A DNA stretch of 64,000 nucleotides from Cyanobacteria bacterium P01_A01_bin.123 (GTDB lineage: Bacteria > Cyanobacteriota > Cyanobacteriia > Phormidesmidales > Phormidesmidaceae): the NCBI GenBank assembly GCA_039815185.1, contig JBCBZT010000013.1, forward strand, positions 64,001-128,000, in the 5' to 3' direction. The position numbers and the translations under genes are program-made. A model generated the notes under the pieces. That model had not been told where the DNA came from. It searched no databases and saw only the letters and a list, made by a program, of their open reading frames with translations. Each line of letters opens with the position of its first letter. Position 1 is the first letter of the stretch. This document shows, piece by piece, positions 28,727 to 39,645 of the stretch.

Positions 28727-30028
28727 ATGACCCAGGCGATTGACAAAACCCTAACGGCTCAGACCACTTTCACCGCTCTGAAGTGTAGAGAGTGCGGCGA
28801 AGAATATACCCTTGGTGCAAAGCATGTTTGCGAAGATGTATGCTTTGGCCCCCTGGAAGTAGCCTACGACTATGAAGAAATCCGTCGTCGTGTGACCCGC
28901 GCTTCTATTGCGGCTGGGCCAAATTCAATCTGGCGCTACAGAGAATTTTTGCCGGTCACTGATGATCCCATTGATGTCGGCACTGGCATGACCCCCCTGC
29001 TCAAAACCAACCGCCTCGCCCGTCGCCTGGGGCTCAAAAATCTCTACATCAAAAACGATGCGGTTAACATGCCTACCCTAAGCTTCAAAGATCGGGTGGT
29101 ATCAGTAGCCCTCAGTCGTGCCCGTGAATTGGGATTTTCCACCGTGTCTTGTGCCAGTACGGGGAACTTGGCTAACTCTACCGCTGCGATCGCGGCCCAT
29201 GCTGGTCTTGACTGCTGTGTCTTCATTCCCTCGGATTTAGAAGCAGGTAAGGTGCTGGGGACGCTAATCTACGATCCGATTTTGATGGCAGTTCACGGCA
29301 ACTATGACCAAGTCAATCGCCTTTGCTGTGAAGTTGCCAACACCCACGGTTGGGGCTTTGTCAACATTAACTTGCGCCCTTACTACTCTGAAGGATCTAA
29401 AACCTTGGGCTTTGAGGTGGCTGAGCAACTGGGTTGGCAACTGCCTGACCATATAGTTGCCCCCCTCGCGTCTGGGTCTCTCTTTAGCAAAATTTACAAA
29501 GGATTCAACGAATTTGTGAAAGTCGGCCTAGTTGATGAAAAGGCAGTGCGCTTTAGCGGTGCCCAGGCAGAAGGCTGTTCTCCCATTGCGCAAGCCTTCA
29601 AGGAAGGTCGCGACTTCGTCAGCCCGGTGAAGCCCAACACCATTGCTAAGTCCATTGCCATCGGCAACCCTGCAGACGGCATTTATGCCCTAGACATTGC
29701 CCGCAAAACCAACGGCAACATCGAAGCAGTGACCGACGCTGAAATCGTTGAAGGCATGAAGCTGCTAGCTGAAACCGAAGGTATCTTTACCGAAACCGCT
29801 GGCGGCACCACCATCGCTGTGCTGAAAAAGTTAGTAGAAGCAGGCAAAATTGATCCCGACGAAACCACCGTTGCTTACATCACTGGGAATGGTCTCAAAA
29901 CCCAAGAGGCAGTGCAGGGCTACATCGGTGAACCGTTTACCATTGAGCCCAAGCTCGACAGCTTTGAGCGTGCCCTAGAGCGTGCCCGCACCCTGGATCG
30001 CTTAGAGTGGCAGCAAGTTTTGGTTTAG
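28727..30028 (+). CDS. thrC: threonine synthase-family PLP enzyme (possibly MetM-type)
   Basis: N-terminal Cys zinc-ribbon, SFKDR PLP lysine, ASTGN, TGNGLK. Confidence 0.8.
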   Translation: MTQAIDKTLTAQTTFTALKCRECGEEYTLGAKHVCEDVCFGPLEVAYDYEEIRRRVTRASIAAGPNSIWRYREFLPVTDDPIDVGTGMTPLLKTNRLARRLGLKNLYIKNDAVNMPTLSFKDRVVSVALSRARELGFSTVSCASTGNLANSTAAIAAHAGLDCCVFIPSDLEAGKVLGTLIYDPILMAVHGNYDQVNRLCCEVANTHGWGFVNINLRPYYSEGSKTLGFEVAEQLGWQLPDHIVAPLASGSLFSKIYKGFNEFVKVGLVDEKAVRFSGAQAEGCSPIAQAFKEGRDFVSPVKPNTIAKSIAIGNPADGIYALDIARKTNGNIEAVTDAEIVEGMKLLAETEGIFTETAGGTTIAVLKKLVEAGKIDPDETTVAYITGNGLKTQEAVQGYIGEPFTIEPKLDSFERALERARTLDRLEWQQVLV

Positions 30029-30061
30029 ATGATTACGCCTGTTCCTATTCAATTTCAACCT

Positions 30062-30337
30062 ATGACTATTAAAGTTCTCATTCCAACCCCGCTTCAAAAG
30101 TTCACCAACAATCAGGCCACCCTTGAATGTGAAGGCGGCAATATTGTAGAACTACTCGACAAGATAGAAGCAACCTGCCCGGGCATCAAGGCCCGTTTAT
30201 GCGACGACAAGGGTGAGCTGCGTCGCTTCGTCAACTTCTATGTGAATAGCGAAGACATTCGTTTCTTAGAGGGCAAAGATACTGCCCTTAATGAGGGTGA
30301 CGAAGTCAGCATTGTTCCTGCTGTCGCTGGGGGCTGA
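30062..30337 (+). CDS. MoaD/ThiS/CysO family sulfur carrier protein
   Basis: Ubiquitin-like 91 aa ending [10 protein letters not shown]. Confidence 0.92.
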   Translation: MTIKVLIPTPLQKFTNNQATLECEGGNIVELLDKIEATCPGIKARLCDDKGELRRFVNFYVNSEDIRFLEGKDTALNEGDEVSIVPAVAGG

Positions 30338-30353
30338 TATCTTCTAGTCTCCC

Positions 30354-30980
30354 TTAGCCAGCTGCTTTTGAGACAGAAGTAGATTGTTTCATCGCAGCGA
30401 GCAGGCTTGAAAGGGCGTGATCTTCAGAGGGGTTAACCTTGCGATCGAGCAAGGCAAGACTAACGGCTTTTGGCAGGGCAACAGCTGCCACATCGTCGTC
30501 AATGGATTCCATCAGTAACTCTAAGGATTGGGGCACCTTAAGAGCCGATTGGATACCGTCGATTAGGGTTTCTTCAAATCCAATGTCTTCCAGTTCGGGC
30601 TTTAATCTGTCCCAGTCCACCGTACTGTTTGGGTCGCCCACTTGAATCACATAGGCAAGCAGGCGTTGTAGCTGAGTTTGTTGCTTTGTTGAGAATTTAT
30701 GCATGACCTGGGAACTGTTTACTTTGACGGTTCCAGCGTCATCCCCCAAACTCACCAGAATCTTTTCCCAGTCTTTGGTGTCACAGGCTTCTGGCTTACC
30801 CACGGTTAAACTCAGTTGAATTTGGTTGGATGCAGAGGCAAGCTGGGTGACCTGGGCCTCAACCCCCAAAAAGCCTAACCACTGGGCAATGGTTTTTACC
30901 AGCACTGGGCGGGTGGCTTGGCTACCCGCGAGAAGCCGAATTTGGGTGCGCACCATTGGCCGCACAATTTGCGTCAGCAT
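30354..30980 (-). CDS. conserved cyanobacterial hypothetical protein
   Basis: 208-aa ORF with host-like composition. Confidence 0.7.
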   Translation of the reverse strand: MLTQIVRPMVRTQIRLLAGSQATRPVLVKTIAQWLGFLGVEAQVTQLASASNQIQLSLTVGKPEACDTKDWEKILVSLGDDAGTVKVNSSQVMHKFSTKQQTQLQRLLAYVIQVGDPNSTVDWDRLKPELEDIGFEETLIDGIQSALKVPQSLELLMESIDDDVAAVALPKAVSLALLDRKVNPSEDHALSSLLAAMKQSTSVSKAAG

Positions 30981-31137
30981 AGGGCAATATCACAGAACTT
31001 TTTTTAACCTCTCACACTATATCGAATCTGCGATCGCGTCACCGCCCTCTGTGTACAATTCGAGCCCCTCGTCTGCCATGACAAGCCCTGGTTCCTATTC
31101 GAAGGAGTATCGGCAGGGAGGGGTTCCGACTACCTAT

Positions 31138-32427
31138 TTATCTATCTACAGAGGCACCTGCATGTGGCACTGCCTGGCTTGCTTGAATCTGCTGAGACAA
31201 CGCATTGAGTGCTTGTGCATACTGCGGGTCTTCAAGCGTGCCAATCTTGTCGCGGTCTTGCAACAGCACTTCTTGTTCTGCTTCGGTCAGTTCAACCTCA
31301 ATATCAGGGGCGATGCCTTCGTGATTAATATCGCGCCCGCTAGGGGTTAAATATTTCGCAACCGTCACGGCTAAGGCAGAGCCATCTTGCAATCCCCTCA
31401 CCGATTGCACCAAGCCTTTACCAAAGGTTTGGGTGCCGACGAGGACTGCTCTATCATTATCTTGGAGTGCTCCAGATAAGATTTCGCTGGCGCTGGCCGA
31501 ACCGCCGTCAACCAAGATTACTAAGGGCTGATCAGTGAGCGCGCGATTATTCGCAACTTCTTCTTCTTCAATACCTTCACGATATATCGTAGAAACAATG
31601 CCGCCCTCATTCATCCACATGCGGGCAATGTCAATGCTGGAGTAAAGCAACCCACCTGGATTTGCCCGTAAATCTAAGATGTAGCCTGTGACGCCCTGGG
31701 ATTCTAAGTCTTCAATGGCTTCCTGCATTTCAGCTGCGGCATTGGCGCTAAATTGGGTCAAGCGGATATAGCCTACACCACCTTCTGGCCCTTCCTCATA
31801 GCTATAGCGAACCGGATGAATTTCAATGCGGGCTCGTTTGAGGGTCAGTTCTAAGGTTTCTTCACCGCGCTTGAGGGTGAGGCTTACGTCACTGTTAACG
31901 GGTCCTCGAATGCGGCTGACCACATCATTGAGATCCATGCCCTCAGTGCTTTCTCCATCCACTGATAAAATAATGTCTTGGGCTCGGATCCCAGCTTCAA
32001 AGGCGGGGGTATCTTCAATTGGGGAAACGACCACGATTTCGTCGGTCTCTTCTTCTTGAGTAATTTGAATCCCGACTCCGGTGAGTTCACCAGACGTTTC
32101 GACTTGCATGTTGCGATATTCTTCTGGATCCATGAAGCGAGTATAAGGATCCTCGAGTTGCTCCAGCATTTCGCGAATGGCATCATAGGCTTCTTCGCGA
32201 TCGCTGTAGGTTCGCTCCAGATATTCCATTCTTACGGCTTGCCAGTCAACCTGGTTGAACGTGTCGTCTACGTAGTTGCGATCAATCAACTGCCAGACTT
32301 CATCGACCAGCTCTTTAGGACCATCTTGAAAAAATGCCTTACTTTGGGATAGGTGAATCCCGGCACCAGTGACCACCACCGTCGCAACCGCAAGGGCTGT
32401 AGCGCCCAAAACAAGACCACGCTTCAT
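31138..32427 (-). CDS. S41 carboxyl-terminal processing protease, copy 2
   Basis: PDZ domain, DLRANPGG, SASASEI, TFGKG. Confidence 0.93.
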   Translation of the reverse strand: MKRGLVLGATALAVATVVVTGAGIHLSQSKAFFQDGPKELVDEVWQLIDRNYVDDTFNQVDWQAVRMEYLERTYSDREEAYDAIREMLEQLEDPYTRFMDPEEYRNMQVETSGELTGVGIQITQEEETDEIVVVSPIEDTPAFEAGIRAQDIILSVDGESTEGMDLNDVVSRIRGPVNSDVSLTLKRGEETLELTLKRARIEIHPVRYSYEEGPEGGVGYIRLTQFSANAAAEMQEAIEDLESQGVTGYILDLRANPGGLLYSSIDIARMWMNEGGIVSTIYREGIEEEEVANNRALTDQPLVILVDGGSASASEILSGALQDNDRAVLVGTQTFGKGLVQSVRGLQDGSALAVTVAKYLTPSGRDINHEGIAPDIEVELTEAEQEVLLQDRDKIGTLEDPQYAQALNALSQQIQASQAVPHAGASVDR

Positions 32428-32788
32428 GATTCGCATAAGAACTAATCAATGGATGTAAGGTACGCCCAATCTAGCACAACCCCAAAAAATCGTTGGCTTC
32501 CGATTACGGCAAGCTTGGCAGATAATCTGGAAAGCCATCAAATGCATATAGAGGCTTGACTGTGCTGACTTCTCAAGCACCACTATAGATATCAATATCC
32601 TAGAACCTTCTCCGAAGAATGGGTAGAGGAATGGGGAGTAGTTATTGGCTCCCCTGCCATAACCATGAAATGAGAAAATTAGAGGAAGGCCGCGATCGCA
32701 GCCTACCTCTAATTGGACAATTTGCAAAAGTGGGATGATCCTGTCAATACAGGTTTGAAATATTCCTTAAACGGCTCCAAACTCGGGC

Positions 32789-34075
32789 TTAATCAGCAGG
32801 GGTATCTGCATAGGCTGTCTCACGGCTGGCTTGAATCTGTTGAGACAATACCTCAAGGGCTTGTGCGTACTGTGGGTCTTCAACGGTGCCTATCTTGTCT
32901 CGGTTTTGTGATAGAAACTCCTGTTGTTCTTCGGTGAGTTCAACCTCAACGTCAGGAGCAATGCCTTGCTTATTAATATCGCGACCGCTAGGGGTTAAAT
33001 ACTTAGCAACAGTGACAGCTAAGCCAGACCCATCGCGCAAACTTCTCACCGATTGCACCAAGCCCTTACCAAAGGTTTGGGTACCGACGAGTAGTGCTCG
33101 ACTATTGTCTTGGAGCGCCCCAGATAAGATTTCACTAGCACTAGCCGAACCCCCATCTACCAAGATTACTAAGGGCTGATCGGTAAGGGCTCGATTATTC
33201 GCAGCTTCTTCTTCTGAAATGCCTTGACGATCGACTGTTGAGACAATAATGCCTTCATCAAACCACATGCGAGCAATGTCAATGCTGGAGTAGAGCAACC
33301 CACCCGGATTTGCCCGTAAATCCAAGATGTAGCCTGTGACCCCCCGTCCTTCCAAATCTTCGATAGCTTCTTTCATCTCAGCCGCCGCATTGGCGCTAAA
33401 TTGAGTCAGGCGAATGTAGCCTACGCCGCCTTCTGGCCCTTCCTCATAGCTGTAGCGAACTGGGTGAATTTCAATGCGTGCCCGTTCAATGATGAAATCT
33501 AGGGTTTCATCCTCACGCTTGAGCGTGAGGGTCACTTCACTCCCCACTGGCCCCCGAATACGATTGACGACATCGTTGAGATCCATCCCCTCGGTGCTTT
33601 CTCCATCAATAGACAAAATTCTGTCTTGGGAACGCACGCCAGCTTCAAAAGCGGGTGTGTCTTCAATTGGGGAAACGACCACGATTTCGTCGGTCTCTTC
33701 TTCCTGGGAAATTTGAATACCAACCCCAGTCAGTTCACCCGAAGTGTCGATTTGCATATTGCGAAACTCTTCCGGATCCATAAAGCGAGTGTAAGGATCC
33801 TCAAGTTGCTCCAACATTTCGCGAACAGCATCGTAGGCTGCTTCACGATCACTGTAGGTTTGCTCTAAATATTCCATTCTTACGGCCTGCCAGTCGACCT
33901 GGTTAAACGTGCCGTCTACGTAGTTGCGGTCGATTAGCTGCCAAACTTCATCAACTAACTCTTTGGGACTGTCTTGGAAAAACGCCTTACTTTGAGACAG
34001 ATGGATGCCTGCACCAGTAACAGCCACTGCTGCAACCGCAAGGGCTGTAGCGCCCAAGACAAGACCGCGTTTCAT
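32789..34075 (-). CDS. S41 carboxyl-terminal processing protease, copy 1
   Basis: Same motifs; close paralogue of 31138-32427. Confidence 0.93.
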   Translation of the reverse strand: MKRGLVLGATALAVAAVAVTGAGIHLSQSKAFFQDSPKELVDEVWQLIDRNYVDGTFNQVDWQAVRMEYLEQTYSDREAAYDAVREMLEQLEDPYTRFMDPEEFRNMQIDTSGELTGVGIQISQEEETDEIVVVSPIEDTPAFEAGVRSQDRILSIDGESTEGMDLNDVVNRIRGPVGSEVTLTLKREDETLDFIIERARIEIHPVRYSYEEGPEGGVGYIRLTQFSANAAAEMKEAIEDLEGRGVTGYILDLRANPGGLLYSSIDIARMWFDEGIIVSTVDRQGISEEEAANNRALTDQPLVILVDGGSASASEILSGALQDNSRALLVGTQTFGKGLVQSVRSLRDGSGLAVTVAKYLTPSGRDINKQGIAPDVEVELTEEQQEFLSQNRDKIGTVEDPQYAQALEVLSQQIQASRETAYADTPAD

Positions 34076-34174
34076 AGTTAGCATGGAAGAATGAATGGTC
34101 AATAAAGAGTAAGCTCAATCTAGCACAATCGGAAAAAATCAAAGACTAGCGATTGTATCAAAGGTTGCTACCAA

Positions 34175-34208
34175 TGGTAGTTGAGAATACCTTTTAACTC
34201 AGCTACCA
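34175..34208. other. stem-loop between ispG and ctp copy 1
   Basis: TGGTAGTTGAG-12 nt-CTCAGCTACCA. Confidence 0.45.
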
Positions 34209-34334
34209 ATTGATACTTCAAATTTAGCCTGCCCATAACCGGAATAATTTCAACGCCTAGGCCAAAGGCCGCGACGGCTCTTCTAAGGAAGATACGGCCT
34301 CTAAGGGGGTGGCTATACCAATAGCCACCATGTT

Positions 34335-35561
34335 TTAGTCTGGTTCTATCCAGCGGTCATCAGCCTTAATCAAATTAATTAATTCTTCAACACCCTGATC
34401 TTCAGGGACGCGCTTGATTTCTTCGCGTCCCCGATAGAGCGAAATGTATCCAGGTTGTTTACCCACATAGCCGTAGTCTGCATCGGCCATTTCCCCAGGA
34501 CCGTTGACGATGCAGCCCATGACAGCAATGTCTAACCCGGTGAGATGGCTAGTGGCTTCACGCACTTGATGTAGCACCTCTTCTAGGTTAAATAGCGTGC
34601 GCCCACAGGAGGGACAGGCCACATACTCCACCATGGTTTTCCGCAGCCCTAAGGCTTGCAAAATGCTGTAGCAAACCGGGATTTCTTTCTCTGGCTTTTC
34701 AGTAAGCGAGACTCGAATCGTGTCGCCGATGCCTTCAGCCAGCAATGTGCCGATGCCTGCGGTCGACTTGATCCGACCATATTCTCCGTCTCCAGCTTCA
34801 GTAACGCCGAGGTGTAGGGGGTAGTCCATCCCTTCGTCGTTCATGCGCTTCACCATCAGCCGATAAGCAGCCAACATCACAGGGACGCGGGACGCTTTAA
34901 GGGAAATGACTAGATTGTAGAAGTCTAGGGATTCACAAATACGGATGAATTCGAGGGCTGATTCAACCATGCCCTCTGGGGTATCGCCATAGGTAAACAG
35001 CATACGCTCGGCCAAAGACCCATGATTGACGCCAATGCGCATCGCCTTGCCCTGATCTCGCAGTGAAATCACTAGGGGTTCTAAGGTTTCGCGAATCTTC
35101 GTGCCAATGTCTTGAAATTCAGATGAGGTATATTCTTCGCGATCCTCTTTGGGTTTTTCAAAGACGTAGAGGCCTGGATTGATGCGTACCTTGTCTACAT
35201 GCTTAGCAACTTCTAGGGCGATTTTCATGCCGTTGTGATGAACATCGGCGACTAGGGGAACAGCCTGATAGGTGGCAATCAGCTTTTGCTTAATCTCAGC
35301 TAGGGCTTTAGCGTGGGCCATACTTGGTACGGTGACCCGAACGATTTCGCAACCGATTTCATGGAGTCGGCGAATGGCCGCAACTGAGCCCTCAATATCG
35401 AGGGTGTCTTCATTAATCATGGATTGAACCACCACCGGATGGTTGCCACCAATGGTGATAGCCCCGACTGCCACAGGACGAGTTTTGCGGCGATGGATGG
35501 TGGTGTCGAAGGCGGGTGCTGTTGGGGTCTTTGAAATGGGGGGAGTTGGCAAAGTCTGCAT
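34335..35561 (-). CDS. ispG: (E)-4-hydroxy-3-methylbut-2-enyl-diphosphate synthase
   Basis: [40 protein letters not shown]. Confidence 0.97.
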   Translation of the reverse strand: MQTLPTPPISKTPTAPAFDTTIHRRKTRPVAVGAITIGGNHPVVVQSMINEDTLDIEGSVAAIRRLHEIGCEIVRVTVPSMAHAKALAEIKQKLIATYQAVPLVADVHHNGMKIALEVAKHVDKVRINPGLYVFEKPKEDREEYTSSEFQDIGTKIRETLEPLVISLRDQGKAMRIGVNHGSLAERMLFTYGDTPEGMVESALEFIRICESLDFYNLVISLKASRVPVMLAAYRLMVKRMNDEGMDYPLHLGVTEAGDGEYGRIKSTAGIGTLLAEGIGDTIRVSLTEKPEKEIPVCYSILQALGLRKTMVEYVACPSCGRTLFNLEEVLHQVREATSHLTGLDIAVMGCIVNGPGEMADADYGYVGKQPGYISLYRGREEIKRVPEDQGVEELINLIKADDRWIEPD

Positions 35562-35680
35562 ATGCCCTAAGCCTTGATGGCGTCGATAAATCAGTGGTTT
35601 AAGTATCAATCTCCAGGTTGCCACAGAAAGGGGCGAATTCAGTGCTGTCAGGAGCACAATGTTGCAATCTCACCCGGTAT

Positions 35681-36151
35681 TTAAGTGAGTTTCGCAGTGC
35701 ATTCTAGGATCAGCCGTTGATTAACCAAGGCGTGAGGCTGGACGGTCAAGGCTTTTTGAAAGGCTTGAATGGCAGCTGTGTAGTTGCCCAGGGCTGCATG
35801 GCAAAGCCCTAACCCGTGTAAGGCGCCAAAATGATAGGGAATCCGCTCAATTACGGCTTGACAATCTGCGATCGCTCGCCAGTAGTTTCGCTGACTGTAG
35901 TGCAGCACGGCCCGGCGGTTCCAAGCTTCTGCAAAATCAGGCTGGTCGCGAATTAACTTTGATAGCAAGGCCTCTGCATCTTCAATGCATCCTTTTTGCA
36001 GCAATTCCTGACTTTGAATCAACAGCCGTGCGCCATAGATTCCTTTTTGTTGAAACCAAAGTTGCCAAAGGGTTTCAGTCGCTTCTGTGCGAATGGTTTC
36101 ATCAGAATCTTGGAGAGCTTCTAATAAGGACTGGATTAGGGCGTCATCCAT
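35681..36151 (-). CDS. tetratricopeptide repeat protein
   Basis: PDFAEAWNRRA…HFGALHGLGLC TPR pattern. Confidence 0.88.
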   Translation of the reverse strand: MDDALIQSLLEALQDSDETIRTEATETLWQLWFQQKGIYGARLLIQSQELLQKGCIEDAEALLSKLIRDQPDFAEAWNRRAVLHYSQRNYWRAIADCQAVIERIPYHFGALHGLGLCHAALGNYTAAIQAFQKALTVQPHALVNQRLILECTAKLT

Positions 36152-36664
36152 ATAGCCAGCGCTTTGTTCTTGAATTTCCTAACTTCTTAGTTTAAGCGTT
36201 GTTTTACTTTGAGCGGGTCAACGCTACTCGTGATCTGACTAACGTCTAATTGAACGACCAGTAACGTGAGGAAAAGCAAAGCAAACCATCTTGGGCAATG
36301 CGTTTACAGGGCATTTCTACTAGGGAGTCCTGCCGTATATGAAGAAACATTGAAATCAGTTTATTTTAGTTAACAACAAGAAGTGGGCGGGCAACTTGAT
36401 AGAGTCAGTCCCGAATGAATCCAAAGTGGCGTTATCGTTCATCGATAGAAGCCACTCGTGAGCCTCAAAAATTGCGCTAAACAGCGTAGAGAGATTGAAA
36501 CTTCATTTGGGCAGTCTTATAAGGCATGGGTCAGATCGACGGTGAATTAAACCTGCGATGGTCAAAGAATGGCCCCTCAGGGCTATTGCTCATTCGTGGC
36601 ATCACATCACCTAGGTCTATGTCAAATTCAATTGCAGTTCTTTATTGAAAGGGGTTCTAAACCA

Positions 36665-36883
36665 ATGGCTGTTGAAAAAGTAAACTCTTCGTCTAGCTTG
36701 GCTGAAGTCGTTGATCGCATTTTGGACAAGGGCATTGTTGTCGATGCTTGGGTTCGCGTTTCTTTGGTGGGTATTGAGCTACTCGCCATCGAAGCTCGTG
36801 TGGTGATCGCGTCTGTTGATACCTATCTAAAGTACGCCGAAGCTGTCGGCCTAACTGCTCAGGCTGCTGTCCCTGCGGCATAG
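36665..36883 (+). CDS. gvpA: gas vesicle structural protein
   Basis: [40 protein letters not shown]. Confidence 0.98.
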   Translation: MAVEKVNSSSSLAEVVDRILDKGIVVDAWVRVSLVGIELLAIEARVVIASVDTYLKYAEAVGLTAQAAVPAA

Positions 36884-36912
36884 GTTCTCCACGCTTAGTG
36901 AAGATCGCTTAC

Positions 36913-36969
36913 CCCTCGGCGATTTGGGCTTAAGTTGGGTCGCGCCAACCTAGGGCTAATTGCTGAGGG
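36913..36969 (+). terminator. long stem-loop after gvpA (attenuator or mRNA stabiliser)
   Basis: CCCTCGGCGATT…GTTGG-gtcgcg-CCAAC…AATTGCTGAGGG; no U-tract. Confidence 0.6.
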
Positions 36970-37004
36970 ATGATCAAGATTGAAATGTTAACCGTTTTAA
37001 GGGG

Positions 37005-37967
37005 GTGGCTTCTGTGGCGGCACTTCGAGATCAATGGCAGGCTCAACGGCGTCAACGTCAGGAGACGATGATTGAACGTCAGCAGGCCGTACAGGCGTCG
37101 CTTGCCGCATTACAACAGCAGCGTCAACAGCAGGCGTTGCAGACCCGGCAGCAGTTGCAGCAATTTACCAATTCACGATCGCAGATGGCCGCTCAACTTC
37201 ATCGCGATCTACGTCAGTTTCACGATGAGCTACAGGTGCTTGTGAGCGACCTACGCCTTGACTTGCAGCAGCAACTGCAGGTGATGCAGGCGGGAGTCGC
37301 CCACACTTTGGCAGAGCACCGTCAAGCCAGACGCCAGGAGGGGGAACAAACTCGCGCCGAGCTGTCTGCCTATGTGGGCGATTTACAGATCGAAGTGAGC
37401 ACCTATCTCGATGCTTTGGCCCAGGTGCGCCAAGCTCAAGCGGCTGAGCTGCAGCAAAAGCTGAGTCAAGATCGACAGACGGGCATTGAGACCGTGAATG
37501 CCATGTTTGTTGAGCTGGCAGATTTCCGCGAAGAACTGACGGCCTATCGCCACACACTTGCTCAAGCGGTGTGGGGCGATGCCCAGCTGATTGATGAGCC
37601 AGCGCTAGTTGTGCCGTCAGTAGCGTCAAAAGTGGCACCATCGCCAGCCAAGATTGTGGCATCATCCCGTCCCGCAGCCGCCCCTAAAGTGGCATCAGGT
37701 GGGGCTCCTTCGCCTACAGTGATCCCATCTTTAGAAAAGCCCAGGGTTGCTAAAGCGACAAAGCCTAGCAAATCAAAATCAGAATTGATTGAAGAGGCGA
37801 TCTATCAGTATTTGCAAGCCAATACCGGGGCTAAGCTAACTGAGATTGAATCGACTCTAGAAATAAACCGTTTTCAAGCGGTTGAAGCGCTGCGATCGCT
37901 AATTCAAAAGCAGTTGGTTGTGCAGCGCGATCGCGTCTACCGAATTAATGAGGAAGCCGTACTGTGA
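37005..37967 (+). CDS. gvpC: GvpC-like protein with degenerate 33-aa repeats and C-terminal winged helix
   Basis: Q/A-rich helical 33-aa units; position between gvpA and gvpN. Confidence 0.8.
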   Translation: MASVAALRDQWQAQRRQRQETMIERQQAVQASLAALQQQRQQQALQTRQQLQQFTNSRSQMAAQLHRDLRQFHDELQVLVSDLRLDLQQQLQVMQAGVAHTLAEHRQARRQEGEQTRAELSAYVGDLQIEVSTYLDALAQVRQAQAAELQQKLSQDRQTGIETVNAMFVELADFREELTAYRHTLAQAVWGDAQLIDEPALVVPSVASKVAPSPAKIVASSRPAAAPKVASGGAPSPTVIPSLEKPRVAKATKPSKSKSELIEEAIYQYLQANTGAKLTEIESTLEINRFQAVEALRSLIQKQLVVQRDRVYRINEEAVL

Positions 37968-39289
37968 CCACCGTTCTGCAAGCCCGCCCCCGCAACTTTG
38001 TCAGCACCCCCGCGATTGAACGGCTGACGATACGTGCTCTACGTTATCTACAATCTGGTTATTCCATTCACCTCAAAGGTGCAGCGGGTACCGGCAAAAC
38101 GACCCTTGGGTTACACCTGGCTGATTTGCTGGGTCGCCCAATCATGTTGCTATTTGGCGACGACGAATTCAAAACCTCTGACCTAATCGGCAACCAGTCC
38201 GGCTATACCCGTAAAAAAGTGGTAGACAATTTTATCCATAGCGTGGTCAAGGTAGAAGATGAACTGCGTCACAACTGGGTTGACTCTCGCCTTACCCTAG
38301 CGTGTCGCGAAGGGTTCACCATGGTTTACGACGAGTTCAATCGGTCTAGACCTGAAGTCAACAACGTTCTGCTGTCGGCATTGGAAGAAAAGCTGCTGGT
38401 GCTGCCGCCCAGCGGTAACCGACCGGAGTACATTCGCGTGAGTCCTCATTTCCGCGCCATCTTCACCTCTAATCCAGAGGAATACTGTGGTGTTCACGGT
38501 ACCCAAGATGCCCTGCTAGACCGGGTGATTACCATCAACATGCCGGAACCCGATGAGCTCACTCAGCAGCAGATTTTGGTGCAAAAAGTTGGCATTGATT
38601 CAGCTGCAGCGCTGCTCGTGGTGCGTATTGTGCGGGCCTTGCAAGCCAGTGTAGAAACCGATATGGTTTCTAGTCTGCGACCCAGCTTGATGATTGCCAC
38701 CATTTGCCTTCAGCACGATATTCCAATCCTGGCCGAAAATCCCGACTTTCGTGATGTTTGCAGCGATATTTTGCTAACCCGCTCGGGGTTACCCCCGGCA
38801 GAGGCAACTCAACTGATGTGGGGCATTTTTAATGATTTTATTGTGGCTCAGGCAACGGCAGCGCCAGCGATAGTAGACTTAAATGCAATTGTGGGGGAAG
38901 CCAAGCTCTCTGGTGAAGGGGTTGAGGCGCAACCTGAGGAATATATTCAGGATGTAGAAGTTGAAGATCGAACTTCTAGCGCGATCGCAGTGACGGCTAA
39001 GGACGCTGCATTACCTGATTCAGAATCCCCGACTACTGAGGTTGACATCCAAGATGCTGTTAAATCCGATTCGGTAGCTGATACGATACCCCATCAAGCT
39101 GAGGTGCTAGACTTCTTGATGCAAAGGGAATCTGCCCGATTGGTGGAAATTGAAAATGCGCTGTCGCTAAATCGATTTCAGGTGGTCAATATTCTTAGGT
39201 TGCTGATTGACGCTGGGTTGATTACCAAACAAGAATCGGCCGGAAAACCCTCTATCTACACCTTTGAAGCGGCCCAAACGCCTGAATAA
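37964..39289 (+). CDS. gvpN: gas vesicle AAA+ ATPase GvpN with C-terminal extension
   Basis: [22 protein letters not shown]. Confidence 0.95.
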   Translation: MTTVLQARPRNFVSTPAIERLTIRALRYLQSGYSIHLKGAAGTGKTTLGLHLADLLGRPIMLLFGDDEFKTSDLIGNQSGYTRKKVVDNFIHSVVKVEDELRHNWVDSRLTLACREGFTMVYDEFNRSRPEVNNVLLSALEEKLLVLPPSGNRPEYIRVSPHFRAIFTSNPEEYCGVHGTQDALLDRVITINMPEPDELTQQQILVQKVGIDSAAALLVVRIVRALQASVETDMVSSLRPSLMIATICLQHDIPILAENPDFRDVCSDILLTRSGLPPAEATQLMWGIFNDFIVAQATAAPAIVDLNAIVGEAKLSGEGVEAQPEEYIQDVEVEDRTSSAIAVTAKDAALPDSESPTTEVDIQDAVKSDSVADTIPHQAEVLDFLMQRESARLVEIENALSLNRFQVVNILRLLIDAGLITKQESAGKPSIYTFEAAQTPE

Positions 39290-39291
39290 TT

Positions 39292-39630
39292 GTGACCGGG
39301 ACTCCCCCACCTCGCCCCCAATCTAATCGCATTACCACCTCTACCCAAGGCTCAACCCTGGTCGATGTGCTAGAGCGGGTTCTCGATAAAGGCATTGTGA
39401 TCGCTGGAGATATTTCTGTTTCGGTTGGCTCTACCGAGCTGCTGAGCATTCGCATTCGCCTGCTCATTTCATCCGTAGATAAGGCAAAAGAAATGGGCAT
39501 CAATTGGTGGGAGAGCGATCCCTATTTGAGTGGTCAATCCCAGCAGTTGCTCGAAGCCAATCGCCAGCTCCAGGGACGGATTGAGCATCTAGAGGCAGAG
39601 CTTAAAGCCCTGAAGTCCGCTGAGGAATAG
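39292..39630 (+). CDS. gvpJ: gas vesicle protein GvpJ
   Basis: STLVDVLERVLDKGIVIAGDI…GINWWESDP. Confidence 0.93.
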   Translation: MTGTPPPRPQSNRITTSTQGSTLVDVLERVLDKGIVIAGDISVSVGSTELLSIRIRLLISSVDKAKEMGINWWESDPYLSGQSQQLLEANRQLQGRIEHLEAELKALKSAEE

Positions 39631-39645
39631 CCAAAATTCCAGCGT

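Noticed and set aside
31138..34075. Assembly artefact as the explanation for two ctp genes
   Set aside because: The copies differ at many synonymous sites and in their tails, so the duplication is real.
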